A stretch of DNA of 64,000 nucleotides from the human T2T-CHM13v2.0 reference genome, Homo sapiens: assembly GCF_009914755.1 (NCBI RefSeq), contig NC_060939.1; one strand, written 5' to 3'. This document shows, in pieces, positions 12,753 to 25,695 of the stretch. Both the position numbers and the translations under genes were made by a program. Within the stretch, counting starts at the first letter, position 1. Each line of letters opens with the position of its first letter. The notes below the pieces were generated by a model that did not search any database, was not told the origin of the DNA, and saw only the letters and a list, made by a program, of their open reading frames with translations.

Positions 12753-15620
12753 GGAGAATTCCAGCATGCACCAGGTTCACGGGACAGTGCGCGGTCACTG
12801 AAAGAAGAGTGGGGCGGGGAGGGTGGTGTGCGGCTGTGAGCACCTCTTGTGCTTGCTGGGAGATGTAGTCTTATAAAGACTCCCAGCCCTTTGGTCACAG
12901 GGCTGCAGCACCCCAATTCCAGCATACACCGGAATCAGAGACAGTGCGCGGCGGCAGAGGAAGAGGTAGAGCTGTGCGTGACTCGCTGGGCTTGATGGAA
13001 AATGTAATCTCATGAACACTCCTTAATGAACAGTGCGCCTCACTGGAGGAAAAGGCGGGGCTGTGCAGGCCTTGCTTTGCTTGCTGAGAGATGCTGTCTC
13101 ATAAACACTCCCAGCCCTTTGGTCACAGGGCTGCAGGACTACATTCCCATCATGCACCGGGATCAGGGATAGTGCATGTGCCTGGGTGAAGAGACACAGT
13201 TTTGCGCGCCTCCTTTGGCTTCCTGGGAGATGTAGTTTCATAAAGACACCCAGACTTTTCATTACAGGGCAGCAGGACTACAATCCCAGTATGCACCAAG
13301 ATCAAGGATAGTGCGCGTAACTGCAGAATGAGGCGGGATTGTGCACGCCTCGCTGGACTTGGTGGGATATGTATTCTCATAAACATACCCAACCCTTTGG
13401 TCATAGGGCGGGAAGACTACAATCCCAGCATGCACCTGGCTAAGAGACAGTGCCTGTCACTGGAGGAAGAGGCGGAAGACTACAATCCCAGCCAGCACCG
13501 GGCTCAGGGAAATTGTGCGTCAGTGGAGGAAGAGGCGGGGTTGTGTGCTACTCGCCAGGCTTGCTGGGAGTTGTATTCTCATAAACCCTCCCAGCCCTTT
13601 CATCACAGGGCTGAAGGACTACACTTCCAGCCCCAGCATGCACTGGGCTCAGGGACAGCGCGCGTCACTGGAGGAAGAGGGAGGGCTTTGCGCTTCTAGC
13701 TGTGATTTTTTGGGAGATGTAGTCTCATTAACGCTCCCAGCCCTTTGGTCACAGAGATCCAGGACTGCAATCCCAACATGCACCCAGCTCAGGGATAGTG
13801 CGCTAATCACTGCAGGAAGAGGCAGGGCTGTGTGCACCTCCTGGGCGTACTGGGAGATGTATTCTCATAAACACTCCCATCCCTTTGGTCATAAGCCTGC
13901 AGGACTACAATCCTAGCATGCACCCAGCTCAGTGACAGTGCGCTAGTCTAAGGAGAAAGAGGCAGGGCAGTGTGCGCCTTGCTGGGCTTCCTGGGAGATG
14001 TAGTCCCATGGCCTCTCCCTGCCCTATGGTCACAGTGCTATAAGACTACAATCCCAGCATGCACGGGGCTCAGGGAGAGTCCACATCACTGCAGAAAGAG
14101 GGGCAGGTTGTGCGCACCTCGCTGCGTTTGCTGGGAGATGTTGTTTCATAAAGACTCTCAGACCTTTTGTCACAGGGCTACAGGACTACAATCCCAGGAT
14201 GCATCGGGATCAAAGCAGTATGCGACACGGGGAAAAGATGCGGAGCTGTGTGCGTCTCCCTAGGTCTTCTGGGAGATGTGGTCTCTTGGCCCTTTGGTCA
14301 CAGGGCTGCAGGACTACAATGCCAGCATGCAGCGGGTTCATGGACAGTGTGTATCACTGGAGGAAGACGTGGAGCTGTGCGTGCCTCGCTGGGCTTGCAG
14401 GGAGATGCAGTCTCATAACTACCCCAGTCGTTTGGTCGCAGGGCTGCAGCAGTACAATTTCAGCATATCTCTGGCTCAGGGAGAGTGCACTAGTCACTGG
14501 AGGAAGAGGTAGGTCTGTGCGCACCTCTCTGGGCTTGCTGGGAGAGGTAGTCTCATAAACACTACCAGCCCTTTCATCACATCGCTGTAGGACTACAATT
14601 CCAGCATGCACGGGGCGCCGGGGCAGTCCGCCTCACTGGAGGAAGAGAAAGGCGTGTGAGCGCCTTGCTGGGCTTTCTGGGAGATGTTGTCTCTTTATTT
14701 CTCCCAGCCCTTTGGTCACAGGGCTTCAGGACTACAATCCCAGCATGCATCCTGCTCAGGGACAACGCGCGTCACTGTAGGAAGAGGTGGACCTGTGCTG
14801 TTCTCGCTATGCTTTTTGGGATACGTATTCTCGTAAACACTCCCAGCCCTTTGGTCACTGGGCTGCATCACTACAATCCCAGCATACATCGGGATCAGGG
14901 AGAGTGCGCTAATCAGTGGAGAAAGGGGCGAGGCTCTGCACACCTCGCTGGTCTTGCTGGGAGATGCAGTCTCATAAACACTCCCAGCCCTTTGGTCACT
15001 GGGCTGCAGCGCTACAATCCTAGCATGGACCGGGCGCAGGGAATGTGCGCGTCACTGGAGGAAGAGGCAGGGTTGTGCACGCCTCTCTGGGCTTGGTGGG
15101 AGTTGCAGTCTCATAAACACTCCCAGACCTCTCATCACCGGGCTGCAGGACTACAATCCCAGCATGCACCCGGCTCAGGGAGAGTGCGCATTACTGGAGG
15201 AAAAGTCTAGGCTGTGGATGCCTCCTTCTGCTTGCTGGGAGATGTAGTTTCATAAAGACTCCCAGAACTTGTGTCACAGGGCTGCAGGACTACCATCCCA
15301 TTATGCACTGGGGTCAGGGACACGGCCCGTCAGTGGAGAAAGAGGCGGGGCTGTGTGCGTCTCCTTCGGCTTGCTGGGAGATGTATTCTTATAAACACTC
15401 CCAGCCCTTTGGTCAAAGGGCTACAGGACTACAATCCCAGCATGTGCCAGTCTCGGGGGCGAGGTACAGGCCTGGAAGAAGGGGCAGAGTGGTACACGCC
15501 CCACCTAATATGCTGGGAGCTGTAGTCCGTTAACTGCTCTCAGCCTGTTTGTCGGTAGGCTTCAAAACTATAATCACAGCATGTACCGGGATCCGGGGTG
15601 CATAGCCCTGGAGGGAGGGG
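12753..15620 (+). repeat. ACRO1-type satellite array, ~20 units of ~140 bp
   Basis: gactacaatcccagcatgca-like motif recurs at ~13136, 13276, 13416, 13617, 13762, 13903, 14043, 14183, 14311, 14451, 14591, 14729, 14870, 15011, 15149, 15288, 15426 and 15566. The family name is from recall. Confidence 0.85.
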
Positions 15621-16431
15621 CACAGCGGTGTGGACTTCCCGGTGTCCAAAGCACTGCTGAGTTCTTATGCTATGCCGACTCTTTGCCAAGGAGAATGAGT
15701 ACATAGGTGGACCTAGAGGACAGGTCTGCGCTGAGCATTGAGGAGGGTATTACCCTACATAGGCACCTTACCTTTGCCCAAATCGGGCGGGTTGTCCTCA
15801 ACTGATTGGCCCTATCCTTCTCAAGTTCCTCTTTCAGCTGCACCCAGGGTTCTTTCCAGAGCATTGCGCCTTCTGCAGCCCAGGGCGCTGCCTTCTTTCC
15901 TAAACTGCTGTGGAAACTGTCCTGATGTCTGAGACACTGTCCATTGTGCCGCAGCCCTCTTTTTTCTCTAGCCAAGCCTCATGCTCAATAGCTTTTGAGA
16001 GAAATCTTCCACGTGGCCTGCTTATGAACAGCTTCAGAATTCTGTAGGGGGTGACAAGGTCTGTGGCTTCCTGGAAATGTCACTCTCAATGGCGCCTTTT
16101 TCACGAATGTGAAAGTTGAGGCATCAGGAAGGTTAATTATTGGGTTGCACAAAATCTGCTAAGAGCAAAGGAGAAAACCCCATTTCCGAGGCATGAGTCT
16201 TGTGAGCCATTTTCATCAACCCATTTAAGTGGACAAGCTCCAAAATGAAACCTGAAGCTGCTGACTATTTAGGCATTTTACACTTGAAATCATCGGTCTC
16301 ATCTCAAGTCACTCCTGACTTGCCAGTGTCTCAGAAACACAAATGGGACCGGATCCCTCAGGAGCAGATAGTGTTCCAGCTTTGTTGGAGCAACATTTAA
16401 GATGTGGAGCACTTGGGGTCGTTTGAAACCC

Positions 16432-19400
16432 GCTATCTTCAGTAGGGACTTTTACTTCTAGAGAACATGTGCATTTTGATTTTATCTGTCCTCAAACTGA
16501 ACTTTTGCTCATTTTAATAGTAAAAACACATTCCTAGGTGGAGACTTAAGATGCTAATGAGACATGCAATGTATGCACAAATATGTACAGTTAGTGCACA
16601 TGTGCACCCAGAAGACCACTCAAAACATGCTTACACTAACACTTCTTTCCACCTTCTTATGAATAATCGTGCAAAACCCCCAGAAGGAGGGTTTCTCCAG
16701 TAACAATTAATGGTGTCTCACTCTTATGAGCAGCCTGCCCTGGAATCTCTTTCTCAGAATGTACCGTCTATTCTGCACTTAATTTTCAAAGTAGTCTTTT
16801 CTTTTTTTGTGTGCAATAAATTACTCTATGCTGTACTTCTTTTGCTGTGTGTTTCTTGTTTAAATTCTTTTAAACTAAGAAAATAAGAATCAAGGTATTA
16901 CATCAGCCATCAACATTTCTTTTGCCATGACCTGGAGAGAGGTCTGTCCGCTTCACTGATTTCACTTTCCCTTTACTTGCCGTGAATACTGTGGCACTTC
17001 CAGACTACCTGGTTAACTATCGCTGGTTCTTCCAGCACTGTTTCACTAAAGTTCTGGGGAAACCCTGTCCCTTTAGGCTTTATGCATTTCCCAGCTCCTT
17101 GAAATTGTTCTTCAACAGGCTTTCTTTGCTGAACAAAAGATGCACAGTCATGGATATGCCCAGTCATAGGGATTGAATCTGAGCATTGCAGGTGTTATAA
17201 TTGGGCATCATAAATGGCAAACCACTGAATTAGGGAAAGGCTTGTCAGCCAGACATCTGCTCCCCAGCGAGCAGTGGGGGTCATCTCGGCAGGGCTGGAG
17301 ATGTCCAGCGCTGGTGAGAGCTAGGACGGTGCATGGCAAATGCCTATGACCTCCTAGAGCTTCAGTTAATGGGGTTTCAAGGGGATGAGTTGGACAACTT
17401 GGTGGTTCCACTTGGCTCATGGGGCTGCCCACAGCCTCCTGGACTTTAGTACATGTTCTGTCGTTTGCAGGATTCTCTCGGCACCATGGGAATCACTTCC
17501 TCTACTGTCACTGAAACACACCTGGGATGTATATTTAAAAATTGAAACAGCTTTTGGCTAAATGAAGCAAAAAAACAATTATCTTCTTTTGTAAAACTAT
17601 TTAGCCTGCATACAGATTAGCTGACAAAACATGGCTGGAGAATGAGACTGTGAAATTTAACACCATCATACAGCTAGATCTTTTCTGTAGTAATCAGGGA
17701 AAATGGTCTGAAGTATCCTATGTGCAAGACTTTCTGGCCCGACAACAAAACCCAGCTCCATGCAGCACCTGTGGGCTAAAGCCTAGTAAGCCACAAAGCC
17801 CCTCAGATCCATTAGAAGATCATTTGTTTTATGGGCAAGTGACCCCAGACCCCACAGCCTAATAGCTCCAGATAGGGGCCCTCAGAGGCCTACACCTGCT
17901 TTAGAATCCCCAGCGTCCCCACACTATCAGAGTCTTCTGTAGAATCTAAGCTTGTTTCATCTCCTCCTTATGCTCCTCTATCAGCCTTTGCCAGTTACAA
18001 TAGAGACCAGTCCAGCTGCAGTTACTCACAGTGGAGCTTCACACCATGCAGGGCCAGAGAATTTGATCCGCTTACAGAAAGTCTCAAATGGAGAGAGGAC
18101 CATCAGAGTGCTTGTTCTCTTCCCAATAAATGATCTAATCCAATGTAAGCAACAGCTCTGATGGCTCTCAGACAACTTCAGCGCGTTTACTGAAGCCTTC
18201 CAGTCTCTAACTTTGACCACCATTCAACTTTACCATCCATAAATGGACCCAATGACTGCTGCCAACTCAGCTGCACAAAACTTTTTCTTATTTGCGAAAA
18301 ATAGAAAAGACTTAAAACTTTTGCTGCTTTCACCATTTTAAAGCAGAATACTTTTGCAGCACAAATGTCACCATAAGGTGGATCCTTGGGAATCCAGTAC
18401 AAACTATCTCAGAAAATCTCAGTGTGTCCCCAACAGGCAGCAGAGGGCCTCAATAGACTTCAACAACGTCTGGACTCCATGGCCTCTGTATTCCAACAAA
18501 ATCAAAGAGCCTGGGATCTTCTCCCAGCCAAGCAAAGAGGAACAGGTTTATATCTAAAAGAAGAATGCTGTTTTTTGAGATCAATCAGTCTGGTTTATTC
18601 CAAGAAAATATTAATAATATCATCACCCAGGCAGACAAAATTGAATCTCTAGGAACTTCCATGGGAACATGAAAGCAATGTCCATTGCCTGCCTTGCTCT
18701 CTTTAATAGTCCCCGTCATTATTATATTTTCAACTTCTACTTTTGTTCCAATTTTGTTTAAAATGTTAACTGATTTCCTGCTATGTTGCTTGTGGCAGCT
18801 CCATGTTTGCATGATGGTTTGCAAGGCTTTCAATCTTTGGCTGCCAACATCTTCCCACTGGTTCCACGAACGACATGGTTTACACCCTGTTAGATCACAC
18901 AGGAAGAAACTTTAAGGCCCAGGCTAGGCAGAAGTAACACCCACTCAGCAGGAAACAGCTCCAGAAAAAGTGGTCTAACCCCTCAACCTCCAATATGGTT
19001 ATTGCCCTAAAATCTCTTAGGGGGAAATTGAGGCAGAATAGATAGTACAGAAAATGACCATGATCTCAGGATACAGAAACCATGGTGACTGTACAGCCAA
19101 CACAATAAGCCGTAGCATTCGCATTGTAATTGGGCTTATTCGAGCAAAGCTATCCTCACTAAGGACTTTCTGTTCTAGAGAGCATGTGTATTTTTATTTT
19201 ACCTGCCCTCAAACTTAAATTTTGCTTATTTTAATAGCAAAAAATGCACCCCCTAGCCAGGCACGGTGGCTTATACCTCTACTCTCAGCACTTTGGGAGG
19301 CTGAGGAAGATGGATCACTTCAAACTAGAAGCTCGAGGCTAGACTGGCCAACATAGAGAAACCCCGTCTAAATTAAAAATACAAAAATTAGTAGGGTATG

Positions 19401-19935
19401 ATGGTGCATGCCTGTAATCCCAGATACTCAGGAGGCAGAGGCACGAGCATGGCTTGAACTCAGGAGGCAGAGGTTGCAGTGAGCAGAGATCACACCACTG
19501 CACCCCAGCTTGGGCAACACGGCGAGACTCTGTCTCAAACAAACAAACAAATAAACACACAGAAATACACTCCTGGGTGGAAATATAAGATGCTAATGAG
19601 ACATGCAACATATGAACAAGCATGTACAGCTACTGCGCATATGCACCCAGAATACCACAGAGAACATGTTTACTAGCAACTCCTCTTCCCTCCTCCTTAT
19701 TAATAATAATGTAAAACTCCCATAAAGGGGTTTCTCCAGCGACAATCCACACTGTCTCACTCTTATGAGCAGTCCGCCCTGGAATATCTCTCTCAGGGTG
19801 TACTGTATTCTGCACTTAACTTTCAAATATTTTCTTTTCCAATAAATTATGCTGTACTTTTTTTCTTTGTGTCTCTTGTTTAAATTCTTAAAATCTAGGA
19901 AGACAAGAACAGAGGTATCACATCAGTTGTCAACA
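16432..19935 (+). mobile_element. Internally deleted ERV1 provirus (MER50-like): truncated 5' LTR ~16432-16915, gag and env remnants, 3' LTR 19029-19935
   Basis: Two homologous LTRs (agatgctaatgagacatgcaa...aataaatta...catca..caaca); gag MA-like NTIIQLDLFCSNQGKWSEVSYVQ; env ISD/CX6CC-like QNQRAWDLL..KQRGTGLYLKEECCF; polypurine tract tagggggaaat before tgaggcag. Confidence 0.85.
19255..19563 (+). mobile_element. Alu inserted in the 3' LTR
   Basis: gccaggcacggtggc...gagactctgtctc followed by an (AAAC)n tail; LTR homology resumes after it. Confidence 0.9.
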
Positions 19936-22900
19936 CAGCAATAAGTCAGCCTCCTTCTTGTAAGCATAGCCCATGCAGAAAAGGAGAGTCGCATCACCTA
20001 GGTGCTGGATCCAGAGGTATGTCACAATTTATCCCATGCACAAAGTTAAGGTCATTGAGGAGAGTCGTATTAAATAATTTCTGGGCCCAGGGATTTGTCA
20101 CAACAGCTCCTGTGAGAAGAGATCAGGCAGCATAATCACATAACCGGTGTGCTGGGCACAGCGATAAGCCACCTTTCATCTGTGGGCATGACCCAGGCAA
20201 GAAAGAAGAGTCACGGCATTTAGGTGCTTGCTGCAGAGGTACATAACAATCTCTCTTATGGGCAAAGCTCAGGTAAGAGAGAAGAGTCAAATCTCCAAGG
20301 TGATTCATGTAGAAATTTGTCACAAGAGACTTTTTAGGCAGGGCCCATGTTGGATCTTCTTATCTTCCAGAAGTTAGGTACAGGGATATGTCAGAATACC
20401 CAAAATACACAGGACTCAGTCAATAAAGAAGAGCCACATCACCCAGGTGCTGGGTCTAGACATATGTCACATCTCTTTTATGGGGAAAGCTCAGGTAAAA
20501 AAGGAAGGTCACATCAAATAGTTGATAGACCCAGAGATATGTCACATTGCCTCCTGCTTGAAGTGTCTAGGCCAAAGACTCACATCACATTGGTGCTAGG
20601 CCTGTGTTCATATATAAACATTCAACTAGAGTTGAAATGGTGGCTCGTTTCTAAACCCTGCTTATAGGCAAGGGATGAGTCTCCTATCCTGACATAGTTA
20701 ATTGTAATGATGTTGACTCTCATCCCTGGGCTTAATGCTACAAGTATGATCATGGGTCCCTACCAATAGGAAGGTCTCAAAGTTGATTACAACTCTCATT
20801 CATACAGTATAGGGCCATTGGGTAGTACACAGAGAGTGCTAACTGGGCCGAGCACACAGGTGAGACTGTGACACTCATATGCACACCCAGCCAACAGTAA
20901 CTATTGTCATCCTCTCACGGGAACACAAGTCAGTCTGCAGAGGAATTGAGGCTCTCATGTGCAAATCCAGTCTGGTGTTGAGATGGTTATTCGTGGGCTT
21001 AGATCCAACATACAGGAGGTGTTGAATGTCATGCCTACCACTGAGACAGCTGTGGGATTGTTAATCTAATTCCTGGACCATTCTGCAGCTTCCATTGTGA
21101 AATTTCCCAGTGCCTAGCACCTAAGTGACTTGACGGGCTCGCATGGACCCAGCCCACAGATGGGATATTAACATATTGCTGGATCCAGCACATTGAGGAT
21201 GTAACTCTATTCTCCTTCCTTGGCACTGCCCACAGTGAGCAGTTTGACATATCGCTAGACCTTACACTCAGGTGATGTGAGTCTCCTCTTCTGCCTTGGC
21301 GCTGCCCTCAGGAAGCGTTGTTACATATAGCTTGGCCTCGCATCCAGGTTATGTGACTCTCCGGCTTGTGCACTGCCCATATGGGACACTGTGTTAATAT
21401 TGCTGGGTCCACTACTCAGGCGATGTAAACCAACAGCCTGGGCCCTGCCTTACAGGGGCATTGTGACATATCTCTGTGCTCATCAGCCTGGTAATGTGAT
21501 TCTCTTCTCCTGCCTGGTCCCTTTACACAGAAGGGATTGTGACACGTTGCTGGGCTTAGCACCAAGTTGATGTTGATGTGAATCTTCTGCCTGGATCGAG
21601 TTCACAGAAGGCATAGTGACATACCTCTGGGTGCATCACCTATTTGATGAGACTCTCCTCTCTTACCTGAGCATTGCCCATAAGAGAGATTGTGACATAT
21701 CCCTGGGTCTAGCACCGGGATGATGTGAATTCTCCCTGCCTGGGTCATGCCCACAGAAGGAAGTGTGACTTATAACTGGGCACAGCACAGGGGTGATGTG
21801 ATTCTTCTGCCTGGTCCCTACATAGAGGAGTCATTGTCAAATGCCTCTGGGCCCATCATCTAGACTATGTGACTCTCTACTTCTTCCTAGGGCCTGCTCG
21901 CATAAGGATTGTGACATATTACATGCCCTACATCATGTGACTTTTCTCTCATGTCTGGGCTCCGTCTTGGAGATGAATGTGACACATACCTAGGCCTAGC
22001 CCCTAGGTTCTGTAACTTCTCGTTTTTCAAAATCCTACCCACCAGGGGCATTGAAACATCTCTCTGGGCACTTCACTTAGGTAATGTTACCCTGTTGCCT
22101 GGAGTGTCCCCTCTGGGGGGTATGGTGACATATTGCTGGACACAGTACCTATGTGATATTACTCTCCTTTCTTGCCTGGGCCTTGTATACATTATGTATT
22201 CTAATATATGGCTGGGTTCAATGACTAGGTGATGCAACTCTTATGCATAGACCCTACCCACAGGGACATTATGACATTTCTTTAGCTCTGACTCTCCTCT
22301 TTTTCCTTAGCCCTGCCAAAAAGGGAGGTGGTGACATATAACTGGACCTAGCAACCAGCTAATATGAGTCTCCTCTTTTGCCTGCACCCAGCATATTTTA
22401 GGTGTTGTATCATATCCTTTGTCTCAACACCTGCAGGATGAAATGCTCCTGCCTGAGCCCAGCCATCTGTCAAAATTGTCATTCTCCCACACGAACATGG
22501 ACCATAATTGAGGTTCTGAAACTCACACCCAGAGGCAGTCAAAAGTTGGAAAATTGGCTCTAATAAGTGGATATTGTCTGCAAGTGGGCTTGTGACTCCC
22601 TGACCAAGATCCAAAACACTTGTGAGGCTGTGAGTCCACTAAGATAACTCCGTTTTCAAAAGGGATTAAGGCTCTCATGGAAAAAACCCATTCCTCCATT
22701 GAGATTGTGACTTATGCACATAGATGCAACATACAGGAGGCGTTCACTCTCATACCCAGAACCGGAACTTATGTGGGATTGTTAATCTCATCCATGGACC
22801 TTCCTGCAGGTGTGATTCTGACGTACACCTCTAGCCAGCTCCTGAGTGATTTGACATTTTTGCCTGGGTGTAGCCCACAGATGAGATTGTGATATATCTC

Positions 22901-24700
22901 TGAATCCAGCATCTAATTAATATGCTTCTATTCTCCTGTCTTGGCACTGCCCATAATGGGTATCCTGACCTAACACTGGTCCTGGCACTTTGTTATGTGA
23001 CTCTGTCCTGTGCTTTGCCCACATGAGCCATTGTGACATATTGCTGGGTCCAACACCCAGGTGATGTAACTCTTGTCTAGACTTTGCCTACAGGGGGCAT
23101 TGTGACATATCTCTACACTGACCACCCAGGTGATGGGACTCACTTCTCCTGACTGCTACCTGTTTATAGCAGGGATTGTTACAAATCGTTGCGGGCAGAC
23201 TCTAGGTAATGTGACTGTCTTTTTACAGAGCGCTACCCACAGGAGCCATTGCAAAATATTTGTGGGCCTCTCACCTAAATGTAGTGACTCTTTGCCTGGG
23301 CTCATTTCTCAGGGGTATTGTGACATATGGCTGACCTCAGCACCAAGGTGAACTGAGTTTCTTCTACTGTAGGGCTCTGACCAAAGAGAGATTACAATGT
23401 ATCACCGGGCCCAGCACCTGAGCTATGTGATTCTCCGCTCTTGGCTGCGCCCTACATTTATTGTGTATTGTGACATATCACTGGGTCCAACACGTAGGTA
23501 AGGTGACTCACCTGCATGGGCCATTTCCCCATGGGTACTATGAAGTATTTTTTGTTCATCACTTAGGTGATGCAACTCTCCTCTTTGCCTTGGGCCCCAC
23601 ATAATTTAGCTATTGTGATGTATCACTGGGCGAATCACCTAGTCAATAGGAAGCTTCTACCAAGACCCTGACTACTGAGGGCCTTGTGACATAGCTCTGC
23701 ATTTATCACCTAGAAAATATGATCCCCCCCCCATTTCTGCCTGAACCCTGCTCACAAGAAAAATTGTAGCATATTTCTGGGCCCAGCAAACAGGTGATGT
23801 GTTTCACCTGCCTGTGCTTAGTTCACAGGGAAAATTGTGACATATCACTGGGCCCAGAACCCAGGTGAGGTGACTCTGCTGCATGTGTCGTGCTTTCAGG
23901 AGGGAACAAGAACATATCCCTGGCAGAACTCTTAGGGATGTGACTCTCTTGCCTTGTCCCTGTCCTCAGGGAAGACTGCAACATGTCCCTGACACAGACC
24001 CAGGTGATGAGACTCTCCTGCTTCTGACTACCCAAATGTGAGATTGTCACATATATTTTGGCCTAGCATGTAGGTGTGACGATGACATTCATACCTTAAA
24101 CCAACCAATAGCAGAGATACTTTCTCTCACAGCCAGGCTTAACAAAACTTGCAAAATTATGGGTCTTCTCTTACTATGAAGGTCAGAGAAAGTAAGCACT
24201 CTTGCATATCCTGTAAAGCACTCAGATGGTACAGTGTCATCACAGGGCCCAGAACACAGGTGAGATTGTGTTCTCTGTGTGCACACCCACCAATCATCAG
24301 AATTCTCATTCCTACACAGGAACAGAGGTGATTAGGGAGGTCTAAGTCTCATACCTGAGTGCCGTCCACAGCGGGAATTGTAACTATCACATGTGAACAT
24401 CCAGTTACAGTTGGGATAGTGACTTATTTCTGAACCCAGTTTACAGCCAAGTAAAGATCCTCTTATCTGGATCCAGCCAGCTGGAGAGATGTTGACTCTT
24501 ATACCTGGACTTATGGCCACAGGTATGATCATAGGTTCATATCAGCATGAAGACCTCAGAGTGGATTATGTTTAATGCATACTCTACAAGGCCCACAGGA
24601 GGTACATAGTGTCCTAACAGGGCCCAGCAAACAGGTGAGATTCTAACACTCATGCACACTCTGGTGACAATAAAAGTTACCATCCTCAAAAATGGGCACA

Positions 24701-24836
24701 ACCAGCGTGGCTCAGTGGCTCACACCTGTAATCACAGCACTTTGGGAAGCCGAGGCGGACAGATCATGAGATCAGGAGATCAAGACCATCCTGGCCAACA
24801 TGGTGAAACCACGTCTCTCTACTATTTATGATTATG

Positions 24837-24878
<42 letters not shown>

Positions 24879-25342
24879 TTGAGACAGAGTCTTGCTCTGT
24901 CACCCAGACTGGAGTGCAGTGGCACCATCTAGGCTTACTGCAACATCCGCCTCCCGGGTTCAAACAATTCTCTTGTTTCAGCTTCCCGAGTAGCAGGGAA
25001 TACAGGCTCATGCCACCATTCCCAGCTAATTTTTGTGTTTTTAGTGGAGACGGGGTTTCACCATATTGATTAGGCTGGTCTCAAACTCCTGACCTCAGGT
25101 GATCCACCCAACTCGACCTCCCAAAGTGCTGGGATTACAGGCATGGGACACTGTGCCTGTCCACCCCATCTCTACTAAAAATACAAAAATTAGCTGAGCG
25201 TCATGGCACATACCTGCAATCCCAGCTACTCGGGAAACTGAGGCAAGAGAGTTGCTTGAACCCAGGAGGCAGAGGTTGCAGAGAGCCGAGATCGCCCCAC
25301 TGCACTCCAGCCTGGCGATAGAGTGAGACTCCGTCTCAAGGG
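24701..25342. mobile_element. Nested Alus: plus-strand Alu split by a minus-strand Alu (~24823-25160) with a (TAT)n tail
   Basis: Left arm ends at ..cgtctctacta, reverse Alu follows, then the plus Alu resumes at ccccatctctactaaaaatac with the junction duplicated. Confidence 0.85.
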
Positions 25343-25345
25343 ACC

Positions 25346-25695
<350 letters not shown>

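Noticed and set aside
12713-15533. Many overlapping 60-184 aa ORFs, and a superficial repeat-spacer (CRISPR-like) look
   Set aside because: The ORFs are translations of the 140-bp satellite in several frames; the intervening segments are homologous to each other rather than unique spacers; the context is primate and no cas genes are present.
18354-18915. Co-opted env (syncytin-like) gene
   Set aside because: Only a short degenerate, frameshifted TM fragment remains, with no SU; the env at ~33 kb is also interrupted by stops.
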